Shown: positions 52,466-61,948 of the stretch, piece by piece | How positions within the stretch are numbered: the first letter of the stretch is position 1 | How the letters are laid out: each line of letters opens with the position of its first letter | Source: Lentisphaerota bacterium | GTDB lineage: Bacteria; Verrucomicrobiota; Kiritimatiellia; UBA8416; JAUUYL01 | NCBI GenBank assembly: GCA_030590485.1 | Contig: JAUUYL010000004.1 | Span: forward strand, 7,878-71,877 | DNA length: 64,000 nucleotides | Direction: 5' to 3' | Program-made: the position numbers and the translations under genes | The notes under the pieces: generated by a model | Database searches by the model: none | The model's input: the letters and a program-made list of their open reading frames with translations, nothing else | Told to the model about the DNA's origin: nothing

Positions 52466-53242
52466 ATGAAAAAACACATCTTAGCCTTTGCATTACTCAC
52501 CCTTGCTTTCGGATGCGGTAAACAGGTGGAAGTTCCCGAAGCATCATCCGTAATGGACCAGATAGACAGGATGGCTGCATTGGAAGCCCGCATCAAGGAG
52601 CTCGAGTCCACCGTAAAAACCCTACGCATCGAACAGCTTCATGCAGAACCTAATGCTGCGCATAAAGCCATAGCCATCTCAACTGACGACAACAAGACGA
52701 CGGAACTATCATTTAAGGCTTTAGAACAGATGGTTTCAGTGGCCGTAGAACAAAGAATTGGAACCCCGCAGCAAATCGAATCTATATTTGCTGAGACAGT
52801 AGAGGAACAGATGACCTCTTATGAAGTCCGCAAAGCACAGGAAGAGGTCCTGGAAAAAGAGACGAAGCAGGAAGAAGCAAAGGAACGTCGAGCCGAATGG
52901 GAAGAACGCCGCAAAGTCGAGAGGGAGAAGCAGGAGGCAAGCCGATTCGAAACCTATACAACTGCACTGAATATTAATGAAGAACAGTATCAAACATTGA
53001 GAGTCCTCGAGGACGCAGCATGGAAGACCACATGGGAGACCATGAGCAAGATGAGGAAAGATGGAGGATACACCCCAAAGAATTACAGCGAAGCTATAAC
53101 GCACATCAAAACCCAACATACTGAGTCCGTTAAAGAGATTCTGGACGAGAACCAATTTCAGACTTACAAGGAACAGTACGTGGATCCCATGAGCCAACAA
53201 GGCGGGTTCCGAGGGTTCGGCGGAAGCCGATACCACAGATAA
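52466..53242 (+). CDS. Hypothetical lipoprotein with coiled-coil and charged E/K/R-rich region
   Basis: Signal and lipobox-like MKKHILAFALLTLAFGC, then charged repeats (EEAKERRAEWEERRKVEREKQE). Confidence 0.4.
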   Translation: MKKHILAFALLTLAFGCGKQVEVPEASSVMDQIDRMAALEARIKELESTVKTLRIEQLHAEPNAAHKAIAISTDDNKTTELSFKALEQMVSVAVEQRIGTPQQIESIFAETVEEQMTSYEVRKAQEEVLEKETKQEEAKERRAEWEERRKVEREKQEASRFETYTTALNINEEQYQTLRVLEDAAWKTTWETMSKMRKDGGYTPKNYSEAITHIKTQHTESVKEILDENQFQTYKEQYVDPMSQQGGFRGFGGSRYHR

Positions 53243-53398
53243 CCGTTGCGACGAATCACGGTTACAGCAGCACCCTTCCAATTATCCAGAATGGCCGCCC
53301 ACAATACCGTTAGTAATCGGCGCATCATGCAACCAGAAGACCACAAAGAGATAATCCCAATTCCAGCAAAGTGGGGTATAAAGGACTCATGGATGAAG

Positions 53399-53720
53399 TC
53401 AGATTATAGCCAAGTCATATTCATACTTCTCATGCCACTTATTCAGCACAGGAATCATTTTTCTGCAGGGCGGACAATATGCGCCCCAGAACTTTATAAG
53501 GATGTACTTCCCTTCGGTGTCAGGCTTCTCAGCGAGCCATGGCTCAACCTCGAGCTTTGGCGCTTCAGCGTAAAGCCATGAGTCGGCCCACATGACAACT
53601 CTTTGATCGGCTTAGGATTGTATTACTATCCTGAAGCTCTTTGTCACTCAGAGTGGATTTATTGAGATTCGAAGTCGAACATCCAGCCGCCAGTACAACA
53701 ATTGCAAATAATATATTCAT
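53399..53720 (-). pseudogene. Disrupted TlpA/ResA-like thiol-disulfide oxidoreductase lipoprotein (frameshift plus truncation)
   Basis: ORF 53565-53720 carries the lipoprotein signal MNILFAIVVLAAGCS. The overlapping, out-of-frame ORF 53399-53593 carries the thioredoxin CxxC FWGAYCPPCRKMIPVL, then stops after ~25 more aa with no remaining Trx fold. Confidence 0.4.
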
Positions 53721-53768
53721 GAGACTAATAACAGGCAGAAAGCCGAGCATATCAAGGGCTGCATAGAC

Positions 53769-53826
53769 AAAAAAAAACGCACGATGTAAAAGAGAAGTAA
53801 TACACCTCATCAATTACAATCGTGCG
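53769..53826 (-). terminator. Rho-independent terminator of the RRM-protein gene
   Basis: The minus-strand RNA forms cgcacgat(u)guaa...uuacaucgugcg, a stem of ~12 bp, followed by U9. Confidence 0.6.
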
Positions 53827-53849
53827 CTAATTTGCAGTTTAAACGCTGT

Positions 53850-54146
53850 TTACCAGCGTCCGCCGCCGCCACCGCCGCCACCACCGCCGCCGCGATTATC
53901 TCTTGGCTTAGGCTGAGACTCGTTGACGCGAAGAGCACGGCCATCACTATCAGTACCGTTCAAAGCATCAATTGCTTTTTCTGCTTCACTATTGTCCGGC
54001 ATTTCAACAAAGCCGAATCCTTTTGAGCGACCCGACATTCTGTCAATGATTACACGGGCCGAAGTCACTGAACCATGGCTCGCGAAGAGCTGGTTCAGTT
54101 CGTCATCTCCTACCGAGTACGGCAGGTTTCCTACATAGATATCCAT
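53850..54146 (-). CDS. RRM-type RNA-binding protein with C-terminal Gly-rich tail
   Basis: RNP-2 IYVGNLPY, RNP-1 KGFGFVEM, and a G11 tail encoded by a (GCC/GGC)n stretch. Confidence 0.8.
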   Translation of the reverse strand: MDIYVGNLPYSVGDDELNQLFASHGSVTSARVIIDRMSGRSKGFGFVEMPDNSEAEKAIDALNGTDSDGRALRVNESQPKPRDNRGGGGGGGGGGGRW

Positions 54147-54298
54147 GATATCCCTCACATGCGCCATTCTTAACACTCACCAAGCTCTCTGTGACACACA
54201 AATAAACTTGGTTTGGTCCTTGGACCGAAGAAAGGATGACAGAGTAAAAAAGGAAAGAAAAGGACTAATTTGCTTTTTTTTAATGTTTTTTAGATTTA

Positions 54299-54727
54299 TT
54301 ACAAATGCTTCTCTACAAATTCAGCAGCAAAAGCCACACAATCTTTACAACTCATTATTTTTTTCTTTCGAATCGGCTTACACGTAGATGCACCTGCGGA
54401 TCCATTAAACTGACTTGCAAGCTGAAACGTCAACTGGTCATCATCCAATAAAACTTGCGCCGCATACAACGCTCCGCAAACTCCCCCCGGTGCCTTGCCG
54501 CCACCAGCGTTAGCATAACCGGCTATATCCTCATCTGTCATTCCAGATATATATTGGAACGTCTTAAAAATTGCCTGCGCGCAATGCAGCTTATCCTTAC
54601 CACGAAACAAATCCTTCGCCCTGTCACCGATCTCGCTCACCTTGTAATCTCCTCTCTTCCTCGTCACTATACACGACAACAACCACTTTGAAGATATTAA
54701 TTCTTCCAAACAGACACAAAATATCAT
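54299..54727 (-). CDS. C_GCAxxG_C_C-family putative redox protein (start uncertain)
   Basis: Cys pattern HCAQAIF...GGVCGALYAAQ...SCKDC. Confidence 0.4.
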   Translation of the reverse strand: MIFCVCLEELISSKWLLSCIVTRKRGDYKVSEIGDRAKDLFRGKDKLHCAQAIFKTFQYISGMTDEDIAGYANAGGGKAPGGVCGALYAAQVLLDDDQLTFQLASQFNGSAGASTCKPIRKKKIMSCKDCVAFAAEFVEKHL

Positions 54728-54763
54728 ATATATTCAAGCGATAACAATATCACTGGAGATCAA

Positions 54764-55177
54764 ATGGCGACAAAGAAAAATACGCATAAAGGGCTGACAC
54801 TTCTTAAGAAAAACGAAAAAAAGTACCCTACCTCACCAAACAAGGCCAAGCTGGAGACATTTAAGAACTCCCACCCCAAGCGCGATTACTGGATTGAGTT
54901 CGATTGCCCTGAATTCACATCTATATGCCCCATCACCGGGCAACCGGATTTCGGATACATATCAATCCAGTACATACCCGACAAACTTTGCCTGGAAAGC
55001 AAATCACTAAAGCTGTACATGTTTGCGTTCCGTAACCACGGCGCGTTCCACGAAGAAGTCGTCAACAGAATACTGGACGACCTGGTAAAGGCAATCAGCC
55101 CACGCGAAGCAATCGTACTAGGTGAGTTCAACCCACGCGGCGGCATATCAATCAATGTCGAAGCAACTCACCCGTAG
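54764..55177 (+). CDS. queF: NADPH-dependent 7-cyano-7-deazaguanine reductase
   Basis: Type I QueF: catalytic Cys in FTSICPITGQPDF and the E-S-K-S-L-K-L-Y motif. Confidence 0.85.
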   Translation: MATKKNTHKGLTLLKKNEKKYPTSPNKAKLETFKNSHPKRDYWIEFDCPEFTSICPITGQPDFGYISIQYIPDKLCLESKSLKLYMFAFRNHGAFHEEVVNRILDDLVKAISPREAIVLGEFNPRGGISINVEATHP

Positions 55178-55224
55178 AGTTGACAAATGACATCTATCGT
55201 GGTATCTCATTCAACCTTAATCAT

Positions 55225-55300
55225 GGGGGTGTAGCTCAGTTGGTAGAGTACTTGAATGGCATTCAAGGAGTCGGGGGTTCGAATCCCCCTACCTCCACCA
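55225..55300 (+). tRNA. tRNA-Ala (anticodon GGC)
   Basis: It folds as a manual cloverleaf: acceptor GGGGGTG/TACCTCC with G3:U70, anticodon loop ATGGCAT, T-arm GGGGGTTCGAATCCCCC, encoded CCA. Confidence 0.85.
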
Positions 55301-55332
55301 AGAACACAAGTCCTGCGAAGGATTCTTCCAGC

Positions 55333-55602
55333 AAGCTTTTCTTCACATACATCATTCAAAGCGCAACCACAGGCCAATTTTATGTCGGTTCATGCTCAAA
55401 TATCCTCAAAAGGTTTGATAACCATCAATCAGGCTACTGTAAAGCAACAAGAGGTCGAGGGCCATGGTGGATGCCCTATTATGAAATTTACACATCACGT
55501 TCAGAGGCAATGAAGCGTGAATACGAAATCAAAAGAAAAAAAAGCAGTAAGCACATTAAAAGAATAATTTATGATGCATACCCGTTTATTGAACTCTATT
55601 AA
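55333..55602 (+). CDS. GIY-YIG nuclease-family protein (YhbQ-like) with no canonical start codon
   Basis: FFTYIIQSATTGQFYVGSCSNILKRFDNHQSG...R...EYEIK is the GIY-YIG motif. No ATG/GTG/TTG lies between the tRNA and the motif. The ORF is open in-frame back through the tRNA to TTG at 55180. Confidence 0.55.
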   Translation, partial: KLFFTYIIQSATTGQFYVGSCSNILKRFDNHQSGYCKATRGRGPWWMPYYEIYTSRSEAMKREYEIKRKKSSKHIKRIIYDAYPFIELY

Positions 55603-55626
55603 ACTCAGTTGGTAGAGCGATCCGAA

Positions 55627-57186
55627 TTACTCGCCACCTCTAGTCTTCATGAATGCGGCCCACAGATCCGAACGTATATAGAGAGCCAGCGGGACTTCAT
55701 GGCGGAGACCCCAGTATTCTGACTGATACGCATCTTCCGTCCTGCCGCGCAATGCGTCCTGCATTTCAATGGACGCTACTATGATTGGTGGTTTTACTTC
55801 GTCGGGAAGCAGCGATACATCATAACTGTAACCAACATTCTCATACCCCCTCAAGTACCAGGGGAGAGGCCAGGCATCCTGCGGATTTGTGATAACCATT
55901 ATTCTCATGGCTTTGCCATCATCTGAGACCGCAGCGATATCATCCACCCTCTTGACCAAATTAAGAAAGTCGCAGACTGTATGCGAATATGCATACGGGT
56001 TGCGGGCATCAGCACTATATCTGAAATTAGCCATAAAGGTCTGGACCGAGAGCGTAAACGCCATATAGCTCACAATCAGACACCATAATATCTGCAATGG
56101 AAGATTACCCAGCATATTGAACATGCCTGCCGCACCAATGCCCGCCAACAATATCCATCCGTGCAGAAACGACATCATACACCAAGGCGTCTTATACGGT
56201 ATCAGAGAATACACCAACGTCATCAGGAGGGTGTAAAAAAGAAGAAAAGATCTCAAGCCTACATCGACCTTATCAATACAGCGGGCCTTAATGGCGATCA
56301 TGACCACACCTGCCAGCCCCAGGAGCAGTATCCCAGCCTCGCTCCATTCAAGCCCGCCGGATTTGTGACAAACGAGCATCTGTAGATAATAATAGAAGGG
56401 ATGTACATGATCTGTGTTTGCTCCTGCCCCCCTCTCAAAATACACAAGATATGTCGCAATTGAATCCCACACTCCAGACGGGTTCGTAAAGAACGACGAG
56501 AAGAGGACTGCAGATACGATCATCGATGTGAGCGACATATAAAGAACATGTATTGGCAGTACGATAAATTGCACCCGCTTAAACTTCAGGCCAGTGCGCC
56601 AAATGACGGTCAATAGAAATGCTACAAGGATAACCCCGTACGCGATTATACAAGTCTCTTTAGTGGCATGCATAAGCCCGAGAAAGACACCTGCCGCCAC
56701 AGCCCACGGTGCCGTCTCTCTCCTGAAATATTGCCACCCGCAAGCTATAGCGCCAAAAGTAAAAAAGACAAGGAGCGTTTCCTGTATGTAAAATCGACTG
56801 TAATAAACCATGCAGGTTGAAACAGCAGTAAAGAGTGCTGCAACAAGTGTCGCCCCCCAGCCCAACCCTGTCCGAATAAGAAGAATGAGCAAAATCAGAC
56901 CTACCCCGAAAAGAACAGGTACCATCCTGAATACGGTGATGTTTGTTTCTGAGAAGTCCCTGCCAGCTATCAATGCAGCCAGAGGCATCGAGAGATAATA
57001 CAATGTAGGACCATGATGCTCCTGAGGGTCGTACTCGTATTCACCCTTCTCCAAAAGGATACCCGCACGCACCATCTGATTGGCCTCATCGTTGTGCAAC
57101 ACCCTCTTCTCAAGCTGCACAGTCCTGAAAGCCAATGCCAAGACCACTAACGCTGCAAACAACACCCAGTTGACGACCTTCTTCAT
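55627..57186 (-). CDS. Integral-membrane glycosyltransferase, family 39/83-like (ArnT/PMT fold)
   Basis: N-terminal loop motif HNDEAN, then DPQEHHGPTLYY, and >10 TM helices. Start at MKKVVNWVLF. Confidence 0.6.
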   Translation of the reverse strand: MKKVVNWVLFAALVVLALAFRTVQLEKRVLHNDEANQMVRAGILLEKGEYEYDPQEHHGPTLYYLSMPLAALIAGRDFSETNITVFRMVPVLFGVGLILLILLIRTGLGWGATLVAALFTAVSTCMVYYSRFYIQETLLVFFTFGAIACGWQYFRRETAPWAVAAGVFLGLMHATKETCIIAYGVILVAFLLTVIWRTGLKFKRVQFIVLPIHVLYMSLTSMIVSAVLFSSFFTNPSGVWDSIATYLVYFERGAGANTDHVHPFYYYLQMLVCHKSGGLEWSEAGILLLGLAGVVMIAIKARCIDKVDVGLRSFLLFYTLLMTLVYSLIPYKTPWCMMSFLHGWILLAGIGAAGMFNMLGNLPLQILWCLIVSYMAFTLSVQTFMANFRYSADARNPYAYSHTVCDFLNLVKRVDDIAAVSDDGKAMRIMVITNPQDAWPLPWYLRGYENVGYSYDVSLLPDEVKPPIIVASIEMQDALRGRTEDAYQSEYWGLRHEVPLALYIRSDLWAAFMKTRGGE

Positions 57187-57300
57187 AAACGTATCATAGT
57201 TGATTCGGGCAACAAGAAAAATACAAAAACACAAAAAAGGCCGACAACCGCCTTCGGCCGGAGAGATTAGAGATTGGAGAGAAGAGAAGAGAGAAAACCG

Positions 57301-57370
57301 ATATTACTGCCGGTCTTGTAGTCCGTGGTCCGTAGTGTAGTCCACGGAAAATAATCTCCGATTATTTTCC
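57301..57370 (-). terminator. Tandem hairpins at the 3' end of the discoidin-protein gene, overlapping its stop
   Basis: ggaaaataatc-tcc-gattattttcc is an 11-bp perfect stem. ccgtgg...ccacgg forms a second stem. On the minus transcript, U-rich and GA-rich (agagaagagaagagag) sequence follows. Confidence 0.4.
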
Positions 57371-58018
57371 GTATACCTCCACTTCAATATAATGGTTCAT
57401 CTCGCTGGATGTACTGCCATTGCTATACAAGCGGACATACTGCGCCTTCTCGCCTTTTACAGGAATAGGCCTGCCGAAATTCGTCTCGATCCACTCCTTA
57501 TCCTTACCAATGCCCAGCCCTATGGAGTTGTCATGGTCGTTGTTAAAGACTGTACGGACGTTCGTAATAAAATCAGAATCATCTGCGACCTGGACGACAA
57601 CATCCCTGTAAACGCGTGCCTGGCTATGAAAATGCCATAAAACAATAGCGTAGATCGTATAAGCTTCTTCCAGATCGATCTGAACATGCTGCTTCATCGG
57701 GCCAAGCTCGACATAGCTGCCGTCCGAGCCCTCCTTGTCACCATCAGTAATAAGCTCCAACTCGCCTATAATCGGCATATTATCACTGCCTGTCACATCT
57801 TTATCCATAGCAACGTTCTTGACCCCTTTTGGCACCATCAATGGAGAACGTTTACCTGAATTACCTTTTCTTGCCGACTCCAGATTATCTGTTTTTATAG
57901 GCTTTGGCGTCCCGACAAACATTGCCTGAGGCAGTTCCAACTTCAAAGGAACACGGTCCTGCGCCATACATACAGCCGCAGTAGTCATCAGCATTACTAT
58001 CATCATATATTTCTTCAT
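57362..58018 (-). CDS. Secreted discoidin (F5/8 type C)-domain protein
   Basis: Signal MKKYMMIVMLMTTAAVCMAQD. C-terminal discoidin pattern QIDL...YTIYAIVLWHF...RVYRDVVVQVADDSDF...AQYVRLYSNG. Confidence 0.55.
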   Translation of the reverse strand: MKKYMMIVMLMTTAAVCMAQDRVPLKLELPQAMFVGTPKPIKTDNLESARKGNSGKRSPLMVPKGVKNVAMDKDVTGSDNMPIIGELELITDGDKEGSDGSYVELGPMKQHVQIDLEEAYTIYAIVLWHFHSQARVYRDVVVQVADDSDFITNVRTVFNNDHDNSIGLGIGKDKEWIETNFGRPIPVKGEKAQYVRLYSNGSTSSEMNHYIEVEVYGK

Positions 58019-58099
58019 ATTTCTCCTCATCATTAATACAGAAAGTAAATCACTCAATCGATTGGATATACTATAGAATACATCCTTGTATTTCAAGTC

Positions 58100-58897
58100 T
58101 CAGAATGACAAAAAATCTCCTTTTTCATTGAGCAAATGAGCATAAATACCGTCATGAGCAAGACAAAACGCTTCAACAGCTTCAGTACTCATCACCATAA
58201 ATGCAGTAGAAAGCGCGTCGGCAACCGCACCGGACGGACATATTGCCCATGCTTTCTCATGCCCTGCCGCGTTATCGCCTGTCCTTGGGTCTATTACATG
58301 CTCACCCTGGACATCCTTGCCTGATGCACTAAGCGCTTGGTCTCGCAAGCATACAGGTTCGCCGTTAACACCAATCTTCCACTCTTCACCTTCTCCGGAC
58401 CCAACGCAGAGCACGGTACTCGGCCCCGCCGCTACCAAAAAGTCTTTAAGATCCCAGTCATTGAGAATCTCTGCAGCCAGATCCAATGCATAACCCTTAC
58501 CGATACCACCAAGGTCGAGAGATAGAGAATGGTTGATGGTGGCTGTCAGATTATCAGGGTCAAGGATAAGATGCTCCAGTCCCTGCCCCTTGGAAATATC
58601 AAAAGCCCCTGCTGTCTCCTTATGAACCCACATTGCCGAAAGCAGGCAATCCATAGTCTCGGGGGTAATGAAAACCGATTCACCAGGCTTAAGCACGGCG
58701 ATTCTCCCGACATCACTGTACTCTATGAACTTGCTGAGTTTCTCTTCAAGATGATCTATCTCACGGAAAACCGCGCCGGACACCTTCCTCGCGTAATCCT
58801 CAGCGCATCCATAAATAGCCAGTTCGTATGGCGCATCCATTGCATCGTGATAAAAAGTGTACAGTTCCTCAGTCATAAATAATTTAGATTTGGTCAT
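58100..58897 (-). CDS. apbE: FAD:protein FMN transferase (ApbE family)
   Basis: The GGIGKGYALD motif (DLGGIGKGYALDLAAE) is typical of ApbE/Ftp. Confidence 0.8.
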   Translation of the reverse strand: MTKSKLFMTEELYTFYHDAMDAPYELAIYGCAEDYARKVSGAVFREIDHLEEKLSKFIEYSDVGRIAVLKPGESVFITPETMDCLLSAMWVHKETAGAFDISKGQGLEHLILDPDNLTATINHSLSLDLGGIGKGYALDLAAEILNDWDLKDFLVAAGPSTVLCVGSGEGEEWKIGVNGEPVCLRDQALSASGKDVQGEHVIDPRTGDNAAGHEKAWAICPSGAVADALSTAFMVMSTEAVEAFCLAHDGIYAHLLNEKGDFLSF

Positions 58898-58922
58898 GTG
58901 ATGCGGCTCGCAGATTGTAAAT

Positions 58923-61886
58923 TTATTTCTTCCGCTTCACAGTGTAAACAACTGCAGCTATCAGCGTCGCAGCCCCAGCATAACGATGTATCAGGATCAG
59001 CGAGTGCTGACAATGCGAAGAAACAATCGGAACCATCGAAGCTAACATAGACATCACAAGAACTATACCGCAAACAACCACCACCCAGAAACATATCTTC
59101 TGAGCAAACGAATACTTGTCAGCCTCATCACTACTGGTAAGCTTGCAGGAATCAGACCTCATAACCGACAGCACAGCAAGGCACAAGGCGTACAGAGCGC
59201 CAAACACAACATGTGCCAGAAGACCATACCCAGAGATAGTCCGGCCAATACAGGCCGCTGTGCAAAAACCAGTAATCGTGAGTATAATCGCACTAAGACA
59301 CCCTATCTTCGCTGCTGCTCCATCAATCAATGGAAACTGGAATGTGCTCGCAACCTTCTTCAAGCCTAACAAAGCATAAAGCAGGGCAACCAATGCCGCT
59401 ATACCAGCCATACCCAGCAGGAACAGTTTCAACAGAGGTCTGACAATGAACGTCAAACCGAAGAGTCGATGATATCCACCAGATATATCCATATAATCAC
59501 TCATTTTGCCAACGGTAACCTTATCTGTCCTCAGCGCCCCTTGAGGTATCACTGAAGCAAAAAAGAAATCAGAATCAGCACTATGACAATCAGTACATTT
59601 ATCGGAACCCAGAGCCTGGGATGCCGAACGTACATCATGAGCAATCGGCCAGGTGACAGGCGCCGCATCTTTGTGCTCCTCAGCCTTTAGTCCGCCTTTG
59701 CCGTCATCACTAAACATCTTACCACGACTCACATAGACATGACCGTCCCCAAGTCTACCGAGAACTATTGCAACCTGGTTCTCTGTGAAGACCACTTCGT
59801 CACCGCCAACTGTATCGACTATCAATTTTTCAGCCTCCGGCGACACAAACGGCATGAACACACCATCTTTGAGCCACCCCCAATTGGAGCCCTTGGATGG
59901 GCCAACTTCACTCGGCTCAACAAGCAGCCTCTTTGCGACATCCTTGTCAAAGGTGTTTCTATATGCCTTGTTGCCGAATATTTCCAGCAGATTGACTTTT
60001 TTCTCCGCAGATGACTGTGCACGCATAAGCAGCTTTAACTCATAAAGCTTTGGTGTCTTCTTTTTAGAAGGCGTAATCTGCTTCCTATCAACATTATTGA
60101 ATATTTTCTGACTTGTCCCCTGGACCTCTGCCGTAACGTTCAACTTCGTCGCAAGAACCTTCACTGCAGCCTTGGTGACTGCGGCATCTTTTATAAGAGT
60201 ATCAGCCTCCTCTTTGGGCACAAGTTCATATTCAACATTAACCAGTCTGTGCAAAATGCCATCAAGTTTCCATGCCGGCTCAGCCCCGGCGGGTGCCGCA
60301 GGCTTGAGCGCCTCTATTACTGCCTGCAAATGGTTCTGATCGGCCTCACCAAGCCCGTAAAAAGCATATTCCTCGCTGGCATCATACTCAAGAGTTAGAG
60401 ACTCTATCCCCTTCTCGATGATATAGCCAAAGACACGTCCTGCCTTCGGCGCCTCACCCTTGTAATCAAGTATATCCAGTCCACCATCAAAGTTGCGGAC
60501 ATAAACCTTGCCGCCGGACACATAAACAGGCTGTCCATAAGTATCGCCATCAGCATTCTTTACGCCGCCCAAAGCCCCCAGAATGTTGGCTGCAACTGAC
60601 CCTGGGTCAACAATCTCTCCAGCAATATCCATGACATCTTCAGCCTTAAGCGGCGTCAGTTCATCTCCCTCCCGCTTAGCCCAGAATGACGGCCACATAA
60701 TACGTGATGGTGCAATCTTGCCATCAGAACCTTTCACAAACACAGGTTCGAGAATAACAGGTGCTTCCGTAAACCACTGTGCAATGCCGTGAATTCCAAG
60801 TCTGTTGATTTTAGCAGTCCTGACGACCTGCAACTTCCCGTCATCAGAAATCACAGACCCTGAATGACACGTCGTACAGGCAAGCTTCTCCAGATGAACA
60901 GGAGGAAGACCCTTATGCTCTGGGTTCGGTGCGCCGTAAGTACCATCTTCATGACATCCCTCGCAGGAATACATTCCAGCGACACCACGATCGATCTTAT
61001 GGTCTAACCCGTTACGGTGACATTTGACACAGCTCATTCCTGAAGCACTGTGAATATCTCCTGTCACCTCTTTCTTCTCCTTATGCACCTGAGCAACTGA
61101 ATGACATTGCAGGCAACGAGCATCAGACGGCTTGCCAATATCCAGAAGCGCGCGATGCTTACTATCGAAAAGGCTTTTCTTGTACAATACAGATGGCGGT
61201 GCACTGAAGACCATGTCATCAGGATCATATCCATCAGAAGGCACCCAGGAATCAGGCAGCCTTTCAGCAACGCCACTTATTTCGCCAAGCCCTGATGCGG
61301 CTGTAGCCGCCCAACGGAAATTCTCGCGAGCCACCTGCTTGACCCATTCGGTCGGATCCTGACATTTGGCGCCATTATGACAGGCCATGCAGTTAATCTC
61401 CAGATCACCTGACACCGCCCAGCGCGGATTTGCACCAAGTTCAGGACGCTTGTTTTCGCCAGGCCCACCGCCCGGCATATGACGCCCGAAATTCATAATA
61501 AATGACCAGTCTGTGAGACCCAAATCGGAAGGAGACTTCAGACCCGAGGACGAACGAAGCGAGAGAGGTATCTGCGTGCCTGTCTTCTCATCAAGAAGAA
61601 CCCATGGTTCGCTGGCTCTGCCCTCCAAATCACCCTCTGAACTGAAATGCCAGCCATGTCCGATCTTTTTGTAATCATGACACTCCCCGCAAGTCGTCTT
61701 GGCAGAAAACGGCTTAGGCACCTTTTCCACAGGCAGGATCTTTAGATCATTCTCATCCTTCAGCTGAACTTTGTGAACAGGTATTGTCTGACTACCATCC
61801 CATGGCACATTCGCCTGAGCTGTTCTGGACGAGATAACAACCCCCAAAAGAAGCAGGAAACTCAGTTTAGTGTATATTGACTTCAA
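58923..61886 (-). CDS. Heptaheme c-type cytochrome fused to a C-terminal 5-TM cytochrome-b-like membrane domain
   Basis: Signal peptide. 7 CxxCH motifs: CGECH, CMACH, CLQCH, CVKCH, CEGCH, CTTCH, CTDCH. The C-terminal ~180 aa holds 5 hydrophobic helices with conserved His residues. Confidence 0.8.
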   Translation of the reverse strand: MKSIYTKLSFLLLLGVVISSRTAQANVPWDGSQTIPVHKVQLKDENDLKILPVEKVPKPFSAKTTCGECHDYKKIGHGWHFSSEGDLEGRASEPWVLLDEKTGTQIPLSLRSSSGLKSPSDLGLTDWSFIMNFGRHMPGGGPGENKRPELGANPRWAVSGDLEINCMACHNGAKCQDPTEWVKQVARENFRWAATAASGLGEISGVAERLPDSWVPSDGYDPDDMVFSAPPSVLYKKSLFDSKHRALLDIGKPSDARCLQCHSVAQVHKEKKEVTGDIHSASGMSCVKCHRNGLDHKIDRGVAGMYSCEGCHEDGTYGAPNPEHKGLPPVHLEKLACTTCHSGSVISDDGKLQVVRTAKINRLGIHGIAQWFTEAPVILEPVFVKGSDGKIAPSRIMWPSFWAKREGDELTPLKAEDVMDIAGEIVDPGSVAANILGALGGVKNADGDTYGQPVYVSGGKVYVRNFDGGLDILDYKGEAPKAGRVFGYIIEKGIESLTLEYDASEEYAFYGLGEADQNHLQAVIEALKPAAPAGAEPAWKLDGILHRLVNVEYELVPKEEADTLIKDAAVTKAAVKVLATKLNVTAEVQGTSQKIFNNVDRKQITPSKKKTPKLYELKLLMRAQSSAEKKVNLLEIFGNKAYRNTFDKDVAKRLLVEPSEVGPSKGSNWGWLKDGVFMPFVSPEAEKLIVDTVGGDEVVFTENQVAIVLGRLGDGHVYVSRGKMFSDDGKGGLKAEEHKDAAPVTWPIAHDVRSASQALGSDKCTDCHSADSDFFFASVIPQGALRTDKVTVGKMSDYMDISGGYHRLFGLTFIVRPLLKLFLLGMAGIAALVALLYALLGLKKVASTFQFPLIDGAAAKIGCLSAIILTITGFCTAACIGRTISGYGLLAHVVFGALYALCLAVLSVMRSDSCKLTSSDEADKYSFAQKICFWVVVVCGIVLVMSMLASMVPIVSSHCQHSLILIHRYAGAATLIAAVVYTVKRKK

Positions 61887-61948
61887 ATTCAGTACTCCTT
61901 TTCACGCTTTCCGCCTCAGGCGGATTTACGCGTTCGCTCCAACATGTT

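Noticed and set aside
53850-53895. GC-rich (CCG/CCA)n simple repeat that might look like a CRISPR or microsatellite
   Set aside because: It is in-frame coding sequence for the poly-Gly tail of the RRM protein. No CRISPR repeat-spacer architecture was seen anywhere in the window.
55180-55332. Upstream part of ORF 55180-55602 (TTG start) reading through the tRNA-Ala gene
   Set aside because: A CDS fully overlapping a functional tRNA on the same strand is implausible. The translated segment (GVAQLVEYLNGIQGVGGSNPP) is simply the tRNA read as protein. Only the GIY-YIG part is kept and the missing start is flagged.
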